Shown here: positions 41,548-51,828 of the stretch, piece after piece | Layout of the letters: the number at the start of each line of letters is the position of its first letter | Numbering within the stretch: the first letter of the stretch is position 1 | From: an uncultured delta proteobacterium | GTDB taxonomy: Bacteria; Desulfobacterota; Desulfomonilia; UBA1062 | DNA: 64,000 nt | Direction of reading: 5' to 3' | Assembly (NCBI GenBank): GCA_963752595.1 | Contig: CAVVYZ010000030.1 | Span: 109,372-173,371, forward strand | Made by a program: the position numbers and the translations under genes | The notes under the pieces: model-generated | Told to the model about the DNA's origin: nothing | Databases searched by the model: none | The model's input: only the letters and a program-made list of their open reading frames with translations

Positions 41548-42831
41548 ATGAATACAAATGGAGCATTATATGTTGTAGGGATAAAGTCATATATTCTCCC
41601 CATTCTTTTGATAGGTGCTATTTTATCTGAAATAAACATTACTCTTCTTGAAGGGAATATCTCAGTTAAGTTTAGTATAGGCGATATTATCATCTTTGTT
41701 ACAGTTCTCGGCTATGTGTATTATTCATGGGACAACCTAAAAAAAATTGCTACCAGAAACATATCCCTCATTATCATAAGTTTGATATTTATTCTGGTCT
41801 CGTTATGTACCAGCTGCATTCATAATGATTACTGGCTTATTTCACTTAAGTTCTGCATAAAAATCTGCATACTTTTCTTCTTGCTTACTTTAATCTATCA
41901 GGATTCGCTTATATCTCGGGGTACATTAACGGCACTATTCTTGATTATGATATTTATTAATGTGGTTGGGGTATTAGAATATTTTTATTATGATAAGATG
42001 GAAAATATTTTATTACTTTTTAAATCTAAGGATAGTCTGGCTACATATAAGTATTCGTTTGTAAGTTCAATTTTCCCGAGTACTAACACGTTCGCTGTCT
42101 TCAATGCTGTATTTATCGTCACTTCGTTGTACATCACATCGCATTACACTTTTTTAGTAAATCGATATTTATGCTGCCTTAGTCTCCTACTCTGCATAGT
42201 AGGTCTTTTCCTGTCTTCAAGCAGGAACGCATTATTGACCCTTATCGTTGGAGTATTAGCCCTGGTAGTTTCATTGGTAAAAGGGAAGAAAAATCTCCTG
42301 GTAGCGTTTGCAATACTATTGTTTTCTCTCGTCATAATATTTTCCGGTCTATACATCCAGAAACCCCTTGCAAATAGATTTGCAGATTTAGTTTCCATTC
42401 CATCAATGATGTTTGATGGAAATACCCTCGGGATAGGAGTAGTACTGCAGGCTAGATTGGATATTTGGAGAAGAGGAGTGGATTTATTTATAGAAAAGCC
42501 GATTTTCGGGATTGGTGCAAGCCAGTTTATAATGAGAAATGAGTTTGACGGTGGTGATACCATACATCTGCATAATATATTTGCCGAAATACTCGTGAAT
42601 CATGGCATTGTCGGATTTGCACTCTTCATGGCTCTCATCGGAGCTTGGTTTAAGAATGCAATTAGGGGTTGGCAAGTGTCATTAATTATTACTCTTTTTG
42701 TTTCTCACCTGTTTGATTGTTTTGTTTTTTACAACATAATATGGCTCATATTCACACCATGGATAATTGCTCTAACAACCAGAAATAACGCAGAAATGTT
42801 TATTATGAACAATTTTAACTACTTAAAATAA
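41548..42831 (+). CDS. O-antigen ligase/polymerase (Wzy_C) family protein
   Basis: Multi-TM, LSSSRNA, RLDIW..KPIFGIG, HLHNIFAEIL..GIVG. Confidence 0.82.
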   Translation: MNTNGALYVVGIKSYILPILLIGAILSEINITLLEGNISVKFSIGDIIIFVTVLGYVYYSWDNLKKIATRNISLIIISLIFILVSLCTSCIHNDYWLISLKFCIKICILFFLLTLIYQDSLISRGTLTALFLIMIFINVVGVLEYFYYDKMENILLLFKSKDSLATYKYSFVSSIFPSTNTFAVFNAVFIVTSLYITSHYTFLVNRYLCCLSLLLCIVGLFLSSSRNALLTLIVGVLALVVSLVKGKKNLLVAFAILLFSLVIIFSGLYIQKPLANRFADLVSIPSMMFDGNTLGIGVVLQARLDIWRRGVDLFIEKPIFGIGASQFIMRNEFDGGDTIHLHNIFAEILVNHGIVGFALFMALIGAWFKNAIRGWQVSLIITLFVSHLFDCFVFYNIIWLIFTPWIIALTTRNNAEMFIMNNFNYLK

Positions 42832-42875
42832 CAAGTTGTAATCACAAGAGTTGGTCTTAGCGAGCATGTAGTATT

Positions 42876-44126
42876 GTGGATACCATAAAAAAGAATATTT
42901 TCTATCAAGCCCTTGCCCAAGTAGGAGGCAAGGGCTTGATGTTTTTTGTTTATATGCTACTTGCAAGGATTCTCGGTCCTGCACTCTATGGCATCTTTGG
43001 TTATACCCTTTCCTCCATCCAGATCATTAGTGGAGTCTTCTTTGATCTCGGTCTTTTATTGATTGTTACGAAAGAGTTATCTGGCGGCAATGATTCGATA
43101 TATATACCAGCATTATGGCTGAAAGTGGGGGGTTCTATACTGGGGAGTATACTTTTTTTCCTATTGATCCCAGTTCTCCACTTCCCTCTTGTCTTAACCA
43201 TATCACTTGTGACCTGGGCTATTTTTAATTCGTTCACAGACTTCTACTTTTGCGTATTCCGTGCAAAAAGCAAGATGTACGGTGAAGCGATTACAATGAT
43301 AAGCCAGAGGCTTTTCCTGCTGGGTATGCTCTACCTCATTTACGCTGGATCTATATATCATTTTCAATCCTTAGAGCTCTATGCAAGCGGAGCAGCATTC
43401 TGTTGCTCTGCCTTGTTCGGGCTTATAGTGGCCTTCTTGCTAGTAAGACGGATGTTCCCTTCTTTCCTGTATCACAAAGAGAAGAGAATGGTGGTCCGTG
43501 AAGTGAAAGCCCTTGCAAAAAAGGCATTGCCCCTTGTAGGGGTGAGCTTTTTTGGTTTTATTTATTACAAAATTGATATCGTTCTCCTGGGGCTTCTTTC
43601 CACTAACGAACAAGTGGGATTTTACAATGCATCATACAGGATCATCGAGGCATCATTATTGATACCAATGATTGTAACCAATACCCTGTATCCCAGGCTT
43701 GCGCTCTCATGGGTTAATAATTTTGAAAGATTCAGCAGGACATTTAAGAAGGCTGTCGCTGCCTTATTATTGGTGTCGTTGTTAGTGGCGATGAGCATTG
43801 TCACCTTGTCCACTCCGATTGTAGTTACCTTGTTCGGCAGGGAGTTTCAGCCATCAGCCGAGATACTCTGCTTGCTGGCAGGCACCGTCGTTATGGTGTA
43901 TCCAGGTTATTTAATGACTCAATCTCTGGTTATATTGGGTAAGCAGAAGGGGTATTTGTTCGTTACGATAAGTGCTGCAGTTATTAATATTGTGCTAAAC
44001 TGTTTTTTTATTCCGCTATGGCAGGCAAAAGGGGCGGCAGCAGCTACAATCATCACTGAGGCGTCGGTAACGTGTATAGCTGCTTTTATCATAATCCGGC
44101 ATATTAAAATCAGGAGACAGGGTTGA
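42876..44126 (+). CDS. Second Wzx-type flippase
   Basis: LARILGP..YG, DLGL, IYYKIDIVLL..VGFYNASYR, GAAAAT. Confidence 0.88.
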   Translation: MDTIKKNIFYQALAQVGGKGLMFFVYMLLARILGPALYGIFGYTLSSIQIISGVFFDLGLLLIVTKELSGGNDSIYIPALWLKVGGSILGSILFFLLIPVLHFPLVLTISLVTWAIFNSFTDFYFCVFRAKSKMYGEAITMISQRLFLLGMLYLIYAGSIYHFQSLELYASGAAFCCSALFGLIVAFLLVRRMFPSFLYHKEKRMVVREVKALAKKALPLVGVSFFGFIYYKIDIVLLGLLSTNEQVGFYNASYRIIEASLLIPMIVTNTLYPRLALSWVNNFERFSRTFKKAVAALLLVSLLVAMSIVTLSTPIVVTLFGREFQPSAEILCLLAGTVVMVYPGYLMTQSLVILGKQKGYLFVTISAAVINIVLNCFFIPLWQAKGAAAATIITEASVTCIAAFIIIRHIKIRRQG

Positions 44127-45244
44127 GAATCGGTATCGATGCACGGGTTATGTCTTTGAAAGCAGGCGGCATCGGAAGATATACGCTGGAAATGGCTAAG
44201 TCCATGGCTGCCCAGACAAAGGCAAATGATCATGAATTTATCCTGTATCCCGGGAAAGATACCGATATTCTTGAACTGCCGGATAATTGGAAATACTCGA
44301 AGAGAAAACTTACTTCCCGGGGCATCCTGCGTTCCCTGTTCTATTCCTACATAGCCGGGAAAGACCGGTTGGATGCATTTTACTCTGCAGATTATCTGGG
44401 GCCTGTATTACCCATGCCATGCAAAACAGTGATCACCATACATGACCTTATTCCCATTGTTTATCCCAGTATTACACGATTCCAGCACAGGCTTGTCGGG
44501 AACTATCTTTTGCCCCATGCCATGAGGAATGCTTCGGCAATTATATCCGTATCAACGGCAACGAAAAAAGATATCCTGAAGTATACTAGTGTCCCTGAGA
44601 ATAAGATAAAAGTAATTTATGAGGGCAAGAACGCATCCTTCTATCCAAGAGCTCAGGACGACAGGGCTACCCGTGAAGTTCGTTCTTACTATGGAATAGG
44701 AAGGGATCAGTATTTCTTATCTCTTGGCGTATCGGACTCCAAAAAGAATATAAAAAAAATCATAAAAGCCTTTTCAGAAGCTATCAAGAGATTAGAAAGC
44801 AGATGCATACTTGTGTTAGCAGGGAGCACCGGACAGAACAATTCAACACTGGAGCACCTGATTAATGAATTGCACATACAGGATAAAATCCTGTTTACCG
44901 GTTTCGTACAGGATGAGCACCTTCCGCTTCTGATGAGCGGCGCGCGGGCCTTCTGCTTTCCTTCACTTTACGAAGGTTTCGGCCTGCCTGTGCTGGAGGC
45001 TATGGCCTGCGGTTGCCCGGTCATAACCTCAAATATTTCATCTCTGCCTGAAGTCGCCGGTAATGCGGCCCTGCTTGTCGACCCCGCCAACGTGGAACAG
45101 CTTTCACAAGCCATGGAAAGGCTTCTTAAGGATGATGAACTGTATAATGATTTGAGAGCCAGGGGTATTTCCCAGTCAGAGAGATTCTCGTGGGAACATG
45201 CCGCAGCAGAACTACTCGAGTTGCTGGTATCGACAAATCGATGA
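44123..45244 (+). CDS. GT4 glycosyltransferase (MtfB-like)
   Basis: [35 protein letters not shown]. Confidence 0.92.
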   Translation: MRIGIDARVMSLKAGGIGRYTLEMAKSMAAQTKANDHEFILYPGKDTDILELPDNWKYSKRKLTSRGILRSLFYSYIAGKDRLDAFYSADYLGPVLPMPCKTVITIHDLIPIVYPSITRFQHRLVGNYLLPHAMRNASAIISVSTATKKDILKYTSVPENKIKVIYEGKNASFYPRAQDDRATREVRSYYGIGRDQYFLSLGVSDSKKNIKKIIKAFSEAIKRLESRCILVLAGSTGQNNSTLEHLINELHIQDKILFTGFVQDEHLPLLMSGARAFCFPSLYEGFGLPVLEAMACGCPVITSNISSLPEVAGNAALLVDPANVEQLSQAMERLLKDDELYNDLRARGISQSERFSWEHAAAELLELLVSTNR

Positions 45245-46368
45245 AGAAGATATCTTTGGTCATTGACTCCAGGGTCATAAAGAGCTCCGGCATTGGAGTA
45301 TATCTTCAGGAATTATTACCGTATATCTTGAGAACCGGCAATTTTCATGTATCCCTTTTAGGGAGGAAACAGGCAGTCGAAGAGACTTTCCGGGGAAACG
45401 AATTAAATGAAGCCAAGATCATTGAATGCAGCGCCGGCATATACTCTTTGCGTGAGCAGGCTGAGATCCCCTTGAAAGTGCCGCCATGCGATATATTCTG
45501 GTCCCCCCACTACAATATTCCCATACTTCCTATCAGGGCAAAGCATCGCGTAGTCACCATCCACGATGTTTATCACCTTGCCTATATACATACATTGAAT
45601 CTTGTTGAGAAGCTGTACGCCAGAATGGTCCTCCCTCTCGCTGCTGTCCTTTCTGAAAGAGTAGTTACAGTTTCATCCTTTTCAAAAAGTGAGATAGTGA
45701 AATACACCGGCATCAAGCCGAAAAAGATAGAGGTAATTCATAATGGTGTGGATTATCTCAAGTTTCAGGATACAAAGGATAATAATGTTCTGAATCTATC
45801 GGGCAGTTACCTGCTTTATGTCGGCAATGTCAAACCGCATAAGAATATCATAGGGCTCATCAGTGCCTTTGCCATGTTTCACAAATCCTTTCCGGACGTG
45901 AAGCTGGTAATCGTGGGTAAGAAAGACAACTTCATTCATGGCATTCAGAACCTGGACGTATTCATAAAAAATCTGGAAATTGATGGGCATATTGTGTTTA
46001 CCGGGTTCGTCGAGAGTGATGCTCTGTATAGCCTTTATAAAAATGCATATGTGTTTGTGTTTCCCTCTCTCTATGAGGGGTTCGGCCTTCCTCCTATTGA
46101 AGCCATGGCATCGGGCGTCCCTGTGGTGGCTTCTCGATCTGCATCCATTCCTGAGGTGTGCGGTGATGCTGCAGTTTATGTAGACCCCCACAACCCCCAG
46201 GATATCGCTCAGGGAATTATTAAGGTTTTTCGTGATGATTCCCTCCGGAATGAGCTAATCGGAAAAGGCTATGCCCGGGCAAAGTGTTTTCCCTGGCAGG
46301 CATCTGCAGCGAAACATGTGAAGCTTTTTGAAGCAATAAATGGTAATGATAACTTCCTGAATGATTGA
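45241..46368 (+). CDS. GT4 glycosyltransferase (MtfB-like)
   Basis: [36 protein letters not shown]. Confidence 0.92.
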   Translation: MKKISLVIDSRVIKSSGIGVYLQELLPYILRTGNFHVSLLGRKQAVEETFRGNELNEAKIIECSAGIYSLREQAEIPLKVPPCDIFWSPHYNIPILPIRAKHRVVTIHDVYHLAYIHTLNLVEKLYARMVLPLAAVLSERVVTVSSFSKSEIVKYTGIKPKKIEVIHNGVDYLKFQDTKDNNVLNLSGSYLLYVGNVKPHKNIIGLISAFAMFHKSFPDVKLVIVGKKDNFIHGIQNLDVFIKNLEIDGHIVFTGFVESDALYSLYKNAYVFVFPSLYEGFGLPPIEAMASGVPVVASRSASIPEVCGDAAVYVDPHNPQDIAQGIIKVFRDDSLRNELIGKGYARAKCFPWQASAAKHVKLFEAINGNDNFLND

Positions 46369-46445
46369 TTGATCTTATATGCTTTGGACAGCATAAGTAT
46401 CAGAAAACAATTAAAAAGATAATCCATAGGACTTTAAAGAATACC

Positions 46446-47567
46446 ATGAGAGTCGCTTTAATTCATGACTGGCTGACCGGTATGAGGGGAGGGGAGAAGT
46501 GTCTTGAATGCTTCTGCGAGATGTTTCCGGATGCTGACGTATACTCATTGCTCCATACAAGGGGGAAATGCTCAAAGACCATTGAGCGCATGAAGGTCAT
46601 AACTTCCTTTGTTGATCGTATTCCCTATAAGGATCGCTATTACCGTCACATGCTTCCCTTGTTTCCCGTTGCCATCGAGCGTTTCATATTGAAAGATTAT
46701 GATCTTATCTTAAGCTCCAGCCACTGTGTCGCAAAGGGCATTATCCCAGGTCCCGATGTTCTGCATATTTCATACGTGCATTCGCCCATGAGGTATGTCT
46801 GGGACATGTACGATGAGTATTTCGGAAAAGGCAGGGTACATCCAATTATCGGCAAGGCTATCTCATTCTTTGCCACATACCTGAGGGCGTGGGATGTGGT
46901 TTCCTCTGCAAGGGTCGATCATTTCGTAGCAAATTCCAATCATGTTGCGCGCCGGATTGAGAAGTACTACCGGCGAGAGGCCTCGGTGATAAATCCTCCG
47001 GTTGATCTCGACAGGTTCAGGATATCAGAAAAGACTGAAGATTATTATTTGATAGTTGCTGCCTTTGTTTCGTACAAAAGGATCGACCTGGCGATAGAGG
47101 CGTTCAATGAGTTGGGCTTGCGGTTGAAGATAGTGGGGACAGGTCCGGACGAAGCGATGCTCAAGAAGCTGGCAGGCCCTACGATCGAGTTCCTCGGCTG
47201 GACAGATGATGATGCATTGGCGGATCTGTATTCACGGTGCAGGGCCTTCATTTTTCCGGGCGAGGAAGACTTCGGCATCACCCCGCTGGAAGCAATGGCA
47301 TCCGGAAGGCCGGTCATCGCATACGCAAAAGGCGGTGCCCTGGAAACGGTAAGGGGTACTGAATGTGACAGCCCGACAGGACTTTTTTTCAAAGAGCAAT
47401 CCAAGGCTGCTCTGGTTGCCGCTATCGAGCAATTCGAAAATAACCTGGCATTATACAGCCCTGATGCCATTCGTAAGCACGCTTCCCATTGGAAGCGGGA
47501 CAGATTCAAAGATGAAATGGCCCGAACCATCGAGGAGCTTTTCATGAGTCAGAACAACAAGAGCTGA
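46446..47567 (+). CDS. GT4 glycosyltransferase (WbaZ-like)
   Basis: MRVALIHDWL..RGGE, HSPMRYVWD, YKRIDL, EEDFGITPLEAMASG. Confidence 0.92.
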   Translation: MRVALIHDWLTGMRGGEKCLECFCEMFPDADVYSLLHTRGKCSKTIERMKVITSFVDRIPYKDRYYRHMLPLFPVAIERFILKDYDLILSSSHCVAKGIIPGPDVLHISYVHSPMRYVWDMYDEYFGKGRVHPIIGKAISFFATYLRAWDVVSSARVDHFVANSNHVARRIEKYYRREASVINPPVDLDRFRISEKTEDYYLIVAAFVSYKRIDLAIEAFNELGLRLKIVGTGPDEAMLKKLAGPTIEFLGWTDDDALADLYSRCRAFIFPGEEDFGITPLEAMASGRPVIAYAKGGALETVRGTECDSPTGLFFKEQSKAALVAAIEQFENNLALYSPDAIRKHASHWKRDRFKDEMARTIEELFMSQNNKS

Positions 47568-47593
47568 AGAGCGAAGTCAGCGAATCCAAGAAT

Positions 47594-49024
47594 ATGATAA
47601 AACTCGGGTATAAGTTCCTGAAACAGGTCTTTTGTTCCCTCGCCTTGTGCTGTTCAGATATCTTTGCCTTGGCAGTGAGCTTCTGGCTTGGGTACTATTT
47701 CAGGACATGGTTTTTTGTAGATGTGATCCCCATATTCCCGCCCATACAGCATCCAGTAGAAGTGTATTTAGGCATGTGGCCTCTTTTTTTGCTCTTGATC
47801 CTGATGTTTGCATATGGAGATCTCTACCCGTCTATAGGGATGAGCTTTTGGGAAGAATCAAAAAAAATTCTTAAAAGTACTATGGTTGCTTTTGCTGCTG
47901 TAGTTATTATGACCTTTATAACCAAGACCTCGGTGAATTTCTCAAGGACTGTGGTGGTTATGGCATTTTTAATTTCCATTTTGATGCTGCCTGCAATGCG
48001 AAAATCCATGCGGTCTTTTCTCAGGATGTTGGGATTATGGGAGAAGGCTATTGTGCTCATAGGGACGGAAGCGGCCGCGAGAGAAGTGCTGTGCAATCTG
48101 AAAAAGCATCCTGACTGGGGTTACATCACGGCAGGAGTAGTTCTTCAAAAAGGAGAGACCGCGCCGGAGGGGATGAAACTTATAGGATATGTCGAGAATA
48201 TGAGAGCCCTTTCCTTCAAGGTTGATGAAGTCATTGTGGCAATGCCCGATGTTTCCAGAAAGAAGCTGGTAAGTATCGTTGAAGGTGCCTCAAGGTTTGC
48301 ACCTGTCGTAAAGGTTGTTGCCGATCTCCATGGGTTGGCGTCCGTGGGGGTGAGGACCCATGATCTTGACGGGATGCTCCTCCTTGAGATGGAAGACAGG
48401 CTTGCTTTAAGGAAGAACAGGGTAATGAAACGTGTGTTTGACCTTATATGTTCCGTTTTTTGCTTGATTGTCCTATCGCCGCTTTTTGCCCTGCTGGCAC
48501 TCCTTGTGAAGCTTGATTCCCGGGGGCCTGTTTTTTTCGGGCATGCTCGTGTGGGAAAGGACGGAAAGGAGTTCATTTGCTACAAATTCAGAACCATGGT
48601 CCCAAATGCTCAGCAGGTCCTCGAAGATCTCCTGAAGAATGATCTGGAAGCAAGATCGCAATGGCAAAAGGATTATAAACTTAAAGATGATCCAAGAATT
48701 ACGCGAGTTGGAAACATCTTGAGGAAGACAAGTCTTGATGAGCTCCCACAGATCTGGAATGTCCTCAAGGGAGAAATGAGCTTAATAGGTCCAAGGCCTA
48801 TCGTAACTGATGAGATAGAAAGGTACGGCCAGAAGTTGAAGTATTTTATTAAGGTAACTCCCGGCATTACCGGACTTTGGCAGGTTTCCGGAAGAAATGA
48901 TATAGATTATGATGAGAGGGTGCTCCTTGACGAGTATTATGCTAAGAACTGGTCTCTTTGGTTGGATATTGAGATCTTATTGCGAACGATTGGCGCGGTT
49001 TTAAAGAAAAACGGGGCATATTGA
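47594..49024 (+). CDS. wbaP: Undecaprenyl-phosphate sugar phosphotransferase (WbaP-type)
   Basis: N-terminal TMs, KRVFD, KFRTM, KLKDDPRIT, TSLDELPQ, PGITGLWQVSGRN. Confidence 0.9.
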   Translation: MIKLGYKFLKQVFCSLALCCSDIFALAVSFWLGYYFRTWFFVDVIPIFPPIQHPVEVYLGMWPLFLLLILMFAYGDLYPSIGMSFWEESKKILKSTMVAFAAVVIMTFITKTSVNFSRTVVVMAFLISILMLPAMRKSMRSFLRMLGLWEKAIVLIGTEAAAREVLCNLKKHPDWGYITAGVVLQKGETAPEGMKLIGYVENMRALSFKVDEVIVAMPDVSRKKLVSIVEGASRFAPVVKVVADLHGLASVGVRTHDLDGMLLLEMEDRLALRKNRVMKRVFDLICSVFCLIVLSPLFALLALLVKLDSRGPVFFGHARVGKDGKEFICYKFRTMVPNAQQVLEDLLKNDLEARSQWQKDYKLKDDPRITRVGNILRKTSLDELPQIWNVLKGEMSLIGPRPIVTDEIERYGQKLKYFIKVTPGITGLWQVSGRNDIDYDERVLLDEYYAKNWSLWLDIEILLRTIGAVLKKNGAY

Positions 49025-49036
49025 GCCTATTTCCAT

Positions 49037-50422
49037 ATGAAGACAAATATGTTAGTACCGGAAATGACATTGAGAATTCAGAAAGTAGATTCAATTTCTC
49101 CGAATGTGATGATGTGGATAGTATCCGCAGTTGCAGTGCTTTCGCTCCTTCCAATATGGTTAAATTATGACATTATTTCTCCAGATGGGGCTTTTCAGTA
49201 TATACCGACAGCTCGGTTCTTCCTTGAAGGCAACTTTCTCGCGGGGCTCTCACAACCACAACCCCTTTTCCCCCTGCTGATCGCAGGTGTTTCATGGATG
49301 ACTGGATTCAATCCTGAGCTTGCAGGCAGGATGCTTTCAGCAGGTGCATTCATACTTGCTGCCCTGGGAATGTTTAAGCTCAGTGAGCTCATATTCCACG
49401 ACAAGTGGATAGCACTGATTGCTGTGCTCTTTCTTATAACTAACCGTGAACTTGTGGAAAACTCAGTGGATTGTCTGAAGGAATCTCTGCTTGTAGGTTG
49501 CATTCTCTGGGGAAACTATTTTGTTCTAAAAGGGATCCAAGCTCCTGGTCGTGTTAGAATTGCCCTGCTCTTGGGTGGGCTCCTTTTCCTGCTTGGGATG
49601 TTCATGCGAAGCACGACCCTCTTTTTTGTAGAGGCGTGGCTGATCTTATGGGCATTCAATAAAAAAGGCAGCAGGGTGATGCGGATGATTCTGCTGGTAA
49701 TCCCGGCAGTGCTGTTTGTCTTTCTATGGTTTATCAATCCGGAGTTGCCGTTCTATAAAAAGAGTTATAATCTTGGCCTTATATTTAATGGTCCCCACAC
49801 AATATACAGCGTCCTGCAGGCGGCAGGAGGAACTGTAGTTGATTTTTTCAGCACAGGGAATCCGTTCATCGTAGTAATAGGATGCATCGGTCTCTTTTTC
49901 CGGGAGAAGGATCTGTACAGCATCCATCTATGCCTGGCCATGGCGATTTTCCTGGCAATCCTATCTGCATGGGAATTTGTCTCAGGAAGATATCTTCTGG
50001 TTCTGATTGCTTGGATATGTCCTCTTGCTGCATACACTACCATGATGATGGCCCGCTCTATGAACAGGACGGGAAAGATCGCCGCTTTTCTGGTGGTGAT
50101 TACCGCATGCATCTTCTGGATGGACAAAGCCTTAGAGGGGCCGGATACCAATAAGATTGCAAGAAAGGATGCGGGGTTTTATATACTGGAGCACGCCGGA
50201 CCCGATCAGAAAGTAATTACAAATCGGGACCGGCTTGCTTTCTACGCCAAAGGGGAGTATGTCCCTCTTGAAGAAGCTACCGATGCAAAAAAATCCTCAA
50301 ATATACTTGCCATAGATATTGAAAAAGCAGATGGTAAGGCTGAAAATGCAGAAGTGAAAGCTCTCGGGAAAAAACCGGCACGGGTTTTTGGTACGATTTA
50401 TGTATACCTTCCCGGATCTTGA
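49037..50422 (+). CDS. GT-C fold membrane glycosyltransferase (ArnT/PMT-like)
   Basis: SPDG..Y, PLFPLLIA, GR.LS, KE, RY motifs in a multi-TM protein. Confidence 0.65.
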   Translation: MKTNMLVPEMTLRIQKVDSISPNVMMWIVSAVAVLSLLPIWLNYDIISPDGAFQYIPTARFFLEGNFLAGLSQPQPLFPLLIAGVSWMTGFNPELAGRMLSAGAFILAALGMFKLSELIFHDKWIALIAVLFLITNRELVENSVDCLKESLLVGCILWGNYFVLKGIQAPGRVRIALLLGGLLFLLGMFMRSTTLFFVEAWLILWAFNKKGSRVMRMILLVIPAVLFVFLWFINPELPFYKKSYNLGLIFNGPHTIYSVLQAAGGTVVDFFSTGNPFIVVIGCIGLFFREKDLYSIHLCLAMAIFLAILSAWEFVSGRYLLVLIAWICPLAAYTTMMMARSMNRTGKIAAFLVVITACIFWMDKALEGPDTNKIARKDAGFYILEHAGPDQKVITNRDRLAFYAKGEYVPLEEATDAKKSSNILAIDIEKADGKAENAEVKALGKKPARVFGTIYVYLPGS

Positions 50423-50444
50423 CCAAATATTCACCCGATGATAG

Positions 50445-50894
50445 ATGATTGAACCAGATGACTGCTCTTTGATGAAATTGGCCTTGGAAGAGGCTGAAAT
50501 TGCTGCGTGTCAGGGTGAAGTGCCTGTGGGAGCCGTTCTCATTATCGGCGATCAGGTATATCGGGGACATAACCGGGTTATCAGTGATCATGATCCTACA
50601 GCACACGCCGAGATTGTAGCAATTCGCGAGGCTGCGCGAGCTGTCGGAAATTACCGGCTGCCAGGAGCGCGACTCTATGTTACATTGGAACCATGCATCA
50701 TGTGTGTTGGGGCAATTGTCCAGGCACGTATAGGAAGGCTTGTCTACGGTACAAGCGACCCGAGGTATGGAGCAATCGAATCGATGTTGAAATTTATGGA
50801 TTTAAATATTAATCATAAACTAGACATCTGCTCTGGAGTCATGGACCAGCGAGCGAGCGCTCTTTTAAAGGATTTTTTCCAGGCAAGACGATAA
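50445..50894 (+). CDS. tadA: tRNA adenosine(34) deaminase
   Basis: GEVPVGAV, DPTAHAE, NYRL, VTLEPCIMC. Confidence 0.93.
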   Translation: MIEPDDCSLMKLALEEAEIAACQGEVPVGAVLIIGDQVYRGHNRVISDHDPTAHAEIVAIREAARAVGNYRLPGARLYVTLEPCIMCVGAIVQARIGRLVYGTSDPRYGAIESMLKFMDLNINHKLDICSGVMDQRASALLKDFFQARR

Positions 50895-50987
<93 letters not shown>

Positions 50988-51147
50988 TAATATCAATGAC
51001 TTAAGTCAAAAAAACCTGTAAACAAACTGTAAACAAGATTCGTTTAATCCTATCTGCCTTAATCCAAAGAATGCATTATTTTAAGTTATACTCCTTAAAG
51101 ACGATAACCTTATATTATGAAGTAGTGTTTTAGGGAGGTATACAGTA

Positions 51148-51819
51148 GTGTCCCTTGCGGATAGAGATTATTATCGTGAAAGCTGGAAAAAAATAAGTTC
51201 CAATAATGGTTCAGGCCCTAGACCACCAGTTAATAGCAGTAATATTTGGAAGAAGATACTTGTAATAGTTATTGTTATCATTGCTGTTTTACATACCTTT
51301 AACGTTCGACCAGGAAATCTGAGTTCATGGCTTTTTAGCATTTTTATCGAGGATGCCAAAAATCTACCTACTACCAAAGTTCCTCAGCTTCATCCCATCA
51401 CCGACGCCTTTATATCGGAGCAACCTCTTCCAGAGAATGGCTCATGCAAGATGTTCTATACTCAAGAAAGTTATGTAGCTCCCTTCACAGTAACAACTGA
51501 TCCAAATAATCATTATATTATTAAATTAGTTGATTCTTCTCAGAACCCAGTATTATTTCTCTTTGCCAAAGCTAACAGCACAGTCAGTTTTAAAGCTCCC
51601 CTTGGGAGCTATGAGCTGAGGTGGGTTTGTGGCGAAAAGTGGTATGGGTATGATCATTTATTCGGGAACTCATCAGAATATAAAACTGCTTTGAAGCCAC
51701 TTGAATTTTTAGAATATAGAACTGCTTCGGGCAAAAAGATCCTGGGTCAAACTGTCAAATTTAACAAAAACATAAACGGTAACTTGCCTTCAACACAAAT
51801 TAGTTCTAGCCAGTTCTGA
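51148..51819 (+). CDS. Hypothetical single-TM protein (island cargo)
   Basis: RBS GGAGG, N-terminal DRDYYRE, one hydrophobic helix, soluble C-terminal domain. Confidence 0.7.
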   Translation: MSLADRDYYRESWKKISSNNGSGPRPPVNSSNIWKKILVIVIVIIAVLHTFNVRPGNLSSWLFSIFIEDAKNLPTTKVPQLHPITDAFISEQPLPENGSCKMFYTQESYVAPFTVTTDPNNHYIIKLVDSSQNPVLFLFAKANSTVSFKAPLGSYELRWVCGEKWYGYDHLFGNSSEYKTALKPLEFLEYRTASGKKILGQTVKFNKNINGNLPSTQISSSQF

Positions 51820-51828
51820 GCTTAGCAA

